DNA from: Candidatus Moraniibacteriota bacterium
Lineage (GTDB): Bacteria; Patescibacteriota; Minisyncoccia; Moranbacterales; DUUL01
Direction: 5' to 3'
NCBI GenBank assembly: GCA_034522495.1
Contig: JAXHLG010000002.1
Location: 165,583 to 229,582 of the forward strand
Length of the DNA: 64,000 nt
The translations under genes and the position numbers were made by a program. A model generated the notes under the pieces. That model saw nothing but the letters and a program-made list of their open reading frames with translations. It was not told the DNA's origin and did not search any database. Positions 61,802 through 64,000 of the stretch are shown piece by piece (the stretch's first letter is position 1; every line of letters begins with the position of its first letter).

Positions 61802-64000
61802 ATGAAAACAACCAATTATTACAACAAAAAAAAGCTTGAGGTTTTCGGGCTTCTCAAAACTCGGGAGGAAGGGTTGAGCCAAGAGGAATTTGAGAAAAGA
61901 TTGTCCAAGCACGGCCCCAACAAGCTCCCGGAAGTCAAAGCCGACGGCATCACAGCCATTTTTCTCCGGCAGTTCCAAAGCTCGCTGATTTTCATACTTC
62001 TTTTGGCGGCCTCGGCGGTTTTTTTAATGGGAGACAAAATCGACGGCTTCATCATAATCTTTGTCCTCATTTTCAACGCCGTCATCGGCACTATTCAAGA
62101 AAAGAAGGCCCAAAATATATTTGCCTCGCTGAGCAATCTGATCAAAACCAACGCCTCGGTGATCCGCGCGGGAAAAGAATACATAATTTCCGACGAAGAG
62201 CTGGTTCCCGGCGACATAATTTCCCTCAGGGAAGGAGAAAAGGTGCCTGCCGACGCCAGGGTGATCTCCGCCCGGTCCCTGCAGATAAACGAATCCGCTC
62301 TGACGGGCGAATCCAGCTCCAAATTTAAGTCCGCTTCAGCCATAAACAAGTCCAAAGTCCAAATATCGGATCAAAAAAATATGGTCTTCAAAGGAACCAA
62401 CGTGGTGGCCGGAAGCGGGAAAGCGGTAGTGGTCAAAACCGGCGAGAAAACCTTGATCGGAGATATCGCCAAACAGATGGCGGTAGTGGAAGAAGAACTG
62501 CCCCTCAAAAAAGACATCAGAAAACTGTCCCGCTTCATCATCTCAGTTGTGGCTTTGGTCAGCTTGCTCCTGCTGGGAGCCGGCTGGGCAAGAGGCGACG
62601 CTTTGGCCGAAACGCTCTCCGTCATCGTTGCTGTGGCCGTTTCGGTGGTGCCGGAGGGGCTGCCGGTGGTGGTGACGCTGGCGCTGGCTGTTAGCGTTTG
62701 GGAAATGGGAAGAAGGAATGTTTTGATCAAGAAACTGCAGGCCGTCGAGGCCTTGGGGCAAGTCAACGTTATCGCCGTGGACAAAACCGGAACAATCACC
62801 AAGAACGAATTGACAGTAAAAGAAGTTTACGCCGGCGGGAAGTTTTTCTCCGTCGACGGAGTCGGCTACTCTTCCAAAGGCGAAGTCAAACACGAGGGGC
62901 AAACAGTAAAAAAATCCGATCACAAGGAACTTTCTACGATTGGAAAAATCGCAAGCCTATGCAGCAGCGCCCGCATTGTTTATGACAAGGAAACTTCCGC
63001 CTGGAAAGTCTCGGGCGACCCCACCGAAGCGGCCACGCTTGTTTTCTCCAAAAAGCTGGGATTCCGAAAAGAAAAATTGAGAGAAAAATACCAAATGATA
63101 TCGGAAAGGCCTTTTGACTACAAGCTCAAATACCACTCCACCCTTCATGAAAGCCGAGGCCGCTTCTTGCTGTCAGTCGTGGGAGCGCCGGAAGAAATAT
63201 TGAACATCTCTGAAAAAAGGCGGACCTCTTCAGGCGTGAAAAAGATGACCAAGCAAGACAGGGAAGAATTAGCCGAAATTTTCACCCGGATGTCCCAAAG
63301 AGGCTTGCGGGTTATCGCGGCTGCCAAAAAAGATCTGCAGCAAAAAGAGACCATCGGCCGCAAGCTTTCCGGATTGGAATTCGTCGGCTTTTTGGCCATC
63401 GAAGACCCGCCGAAGCCGGAAGTCAAAAGCGCCATCAAAAGAGTAAAATCCGCCAAGATCAGCCTGGTTATGATCACCGGCGACCACAAAGCGACAGCCA
63501 AAGCCATAGCCGAAAAGGTGGGAATCCTCAAGGAGGGCGAAAAAGTTTTGGAAGGAAAGGAGATCGACCGAATAACCAAAGAAAAATTGGCCGGACTTTT
63601 GGACAAAACCAGCGTGTTCGCCAGGGTCACCCCCTTTCACAAGCTAAAAATTATTGAAGCCTACAAAAAAAGAGGAGACGTGGTGGCGATGACCGGAGAC
63701 GGCGTCAATGACGCTCTGTCTCTGAATTCGGCCAACGTCGGCGTGGCTATGGGCAAAATTGGAACAGAAGTGGCCAAAGAGTCCTCGGATGTTGTTCTTT
63801 TGGATGACAACTTCGGCAGCATTGTCTCCGGCGTGGAAGAAGGCCGGAACGTCTTCAAAACTATCAAGAGAGTTATCCTGTACTTATTTTCCACCAGCCT
63901 CGGAGAGGTGCTGACCATTGTAGGAGCCATCTTCCTGGGAATGCCCCTGCCCATTTTGGCTCCCCAGATATTGTGGATCAACTTGGTCACCGACGGATTT
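61802..64000 (+). CDS. Cation-transporting P-type ATPase (type II, Ca2+-like); runs off the window end
   Basis: Translated by eye from ATG 61802: GPNKLPE, LTGES, VPEGLP, DKTGT, GDPTE, MITGD, MTGDGVND and ILWINLVTDG. Missing from the ORF track because no stop lies in the window. Confidence 0.93.
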   Translation, partial: MKTTNYYNKKKLEVFGLLKTREEGLSQEEFEKRLSKHGPNKLPEVKADGITAIFLRQFQSSLIFILLLAASAVFLMGDKIDGFIIIFVLIFNAVIGTIQEKKAQNIFASLSNLIKTNASVIRAGKEYIISDEELVPGDIISLREGEKVPADARVISARSLQINESALTGESSSKFKSASAINKSKVQISDQKNMVFKGTNVVAGSGKAVVVKTGEKTLIGDIAKQMAVVEEELPLKKDIRKLSRFIISVVALVSLLLLGAGWARGDALAETLSVIVAVAVSVVPEGLPVVVTLALAVSVWEMGRRNVLIKKLQAVEALGQVNVIAVDKTGTITKNELTVKEVYAGGKFFSVDGVGYSSKGEVKHEGQTVKKSDHKELSTIGKIASLCSSARIVYDKETSAWKVSGDPTEAATLVFSKKLGFRKEKLREKYQMISERPFDYKLKYHSTLHESRGRFLLSVVGAPEEILNISEKRRTSSGVKKMTKQDREELAEIFTRMSQRGLRVIAAAKKDLQQKETIGRKLSGLEFVGFLAIEDPPKPEVKSAIKRVKSAKISLVMITGDHKATAKAIAEKVGILKEGEKVLEGKEIDRITKEKLAGLLDKTSVFARVTPFHKLKIIEAYKKRGDVVAMTGDGVNDALSLNSANVGVAMGKIGTEVAKESSDVVLLDDNFGSIVSGVEEGRNVFKTIKRVILYLFSTSLGEVLTIVGAIFLGMPLPILAPQILWINLVTDGF

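Overview
Bacterial chromosomal segment in the standard code (TGA is used as stop). Gene content (CPR-type pilins, a DUF5663-like protein, a CPR-type VirD4/VirB4-like ATPase, an unlinked 23S-5S locus) suggests Patescibacteria/CPR, probably Parcubacteria-like; this is inference. It carries housekeeping and glycolytic genes (map, yqgF, galT, tpiA, fba, rny, hup, truB, pgeF, recO, lemA, htpX, pyk, a P-type ATPase), a trimeric [FeFe]-hydrogenase cluster with a divergent TM1266-type regulator, three IS elements and tRNA-Ser(GGA). The most striking feature is a ~4.5 kb 23S rRNA gene with ten ORF-less hairpin insertions. Most are built from short tandem-repeat and palindrome modules like those that fill the intergenic spaces. 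Related heptamer modules also occur in frame inside a protein-coding gene and next to a four-helix-bundle (23S-IVS family) gene. Several nested MITE families, a candidate attenuator upstream of the 23S gene, and genes bracketed by duplicated host sequence are also visible. All coordinates and alignments were read by eye.
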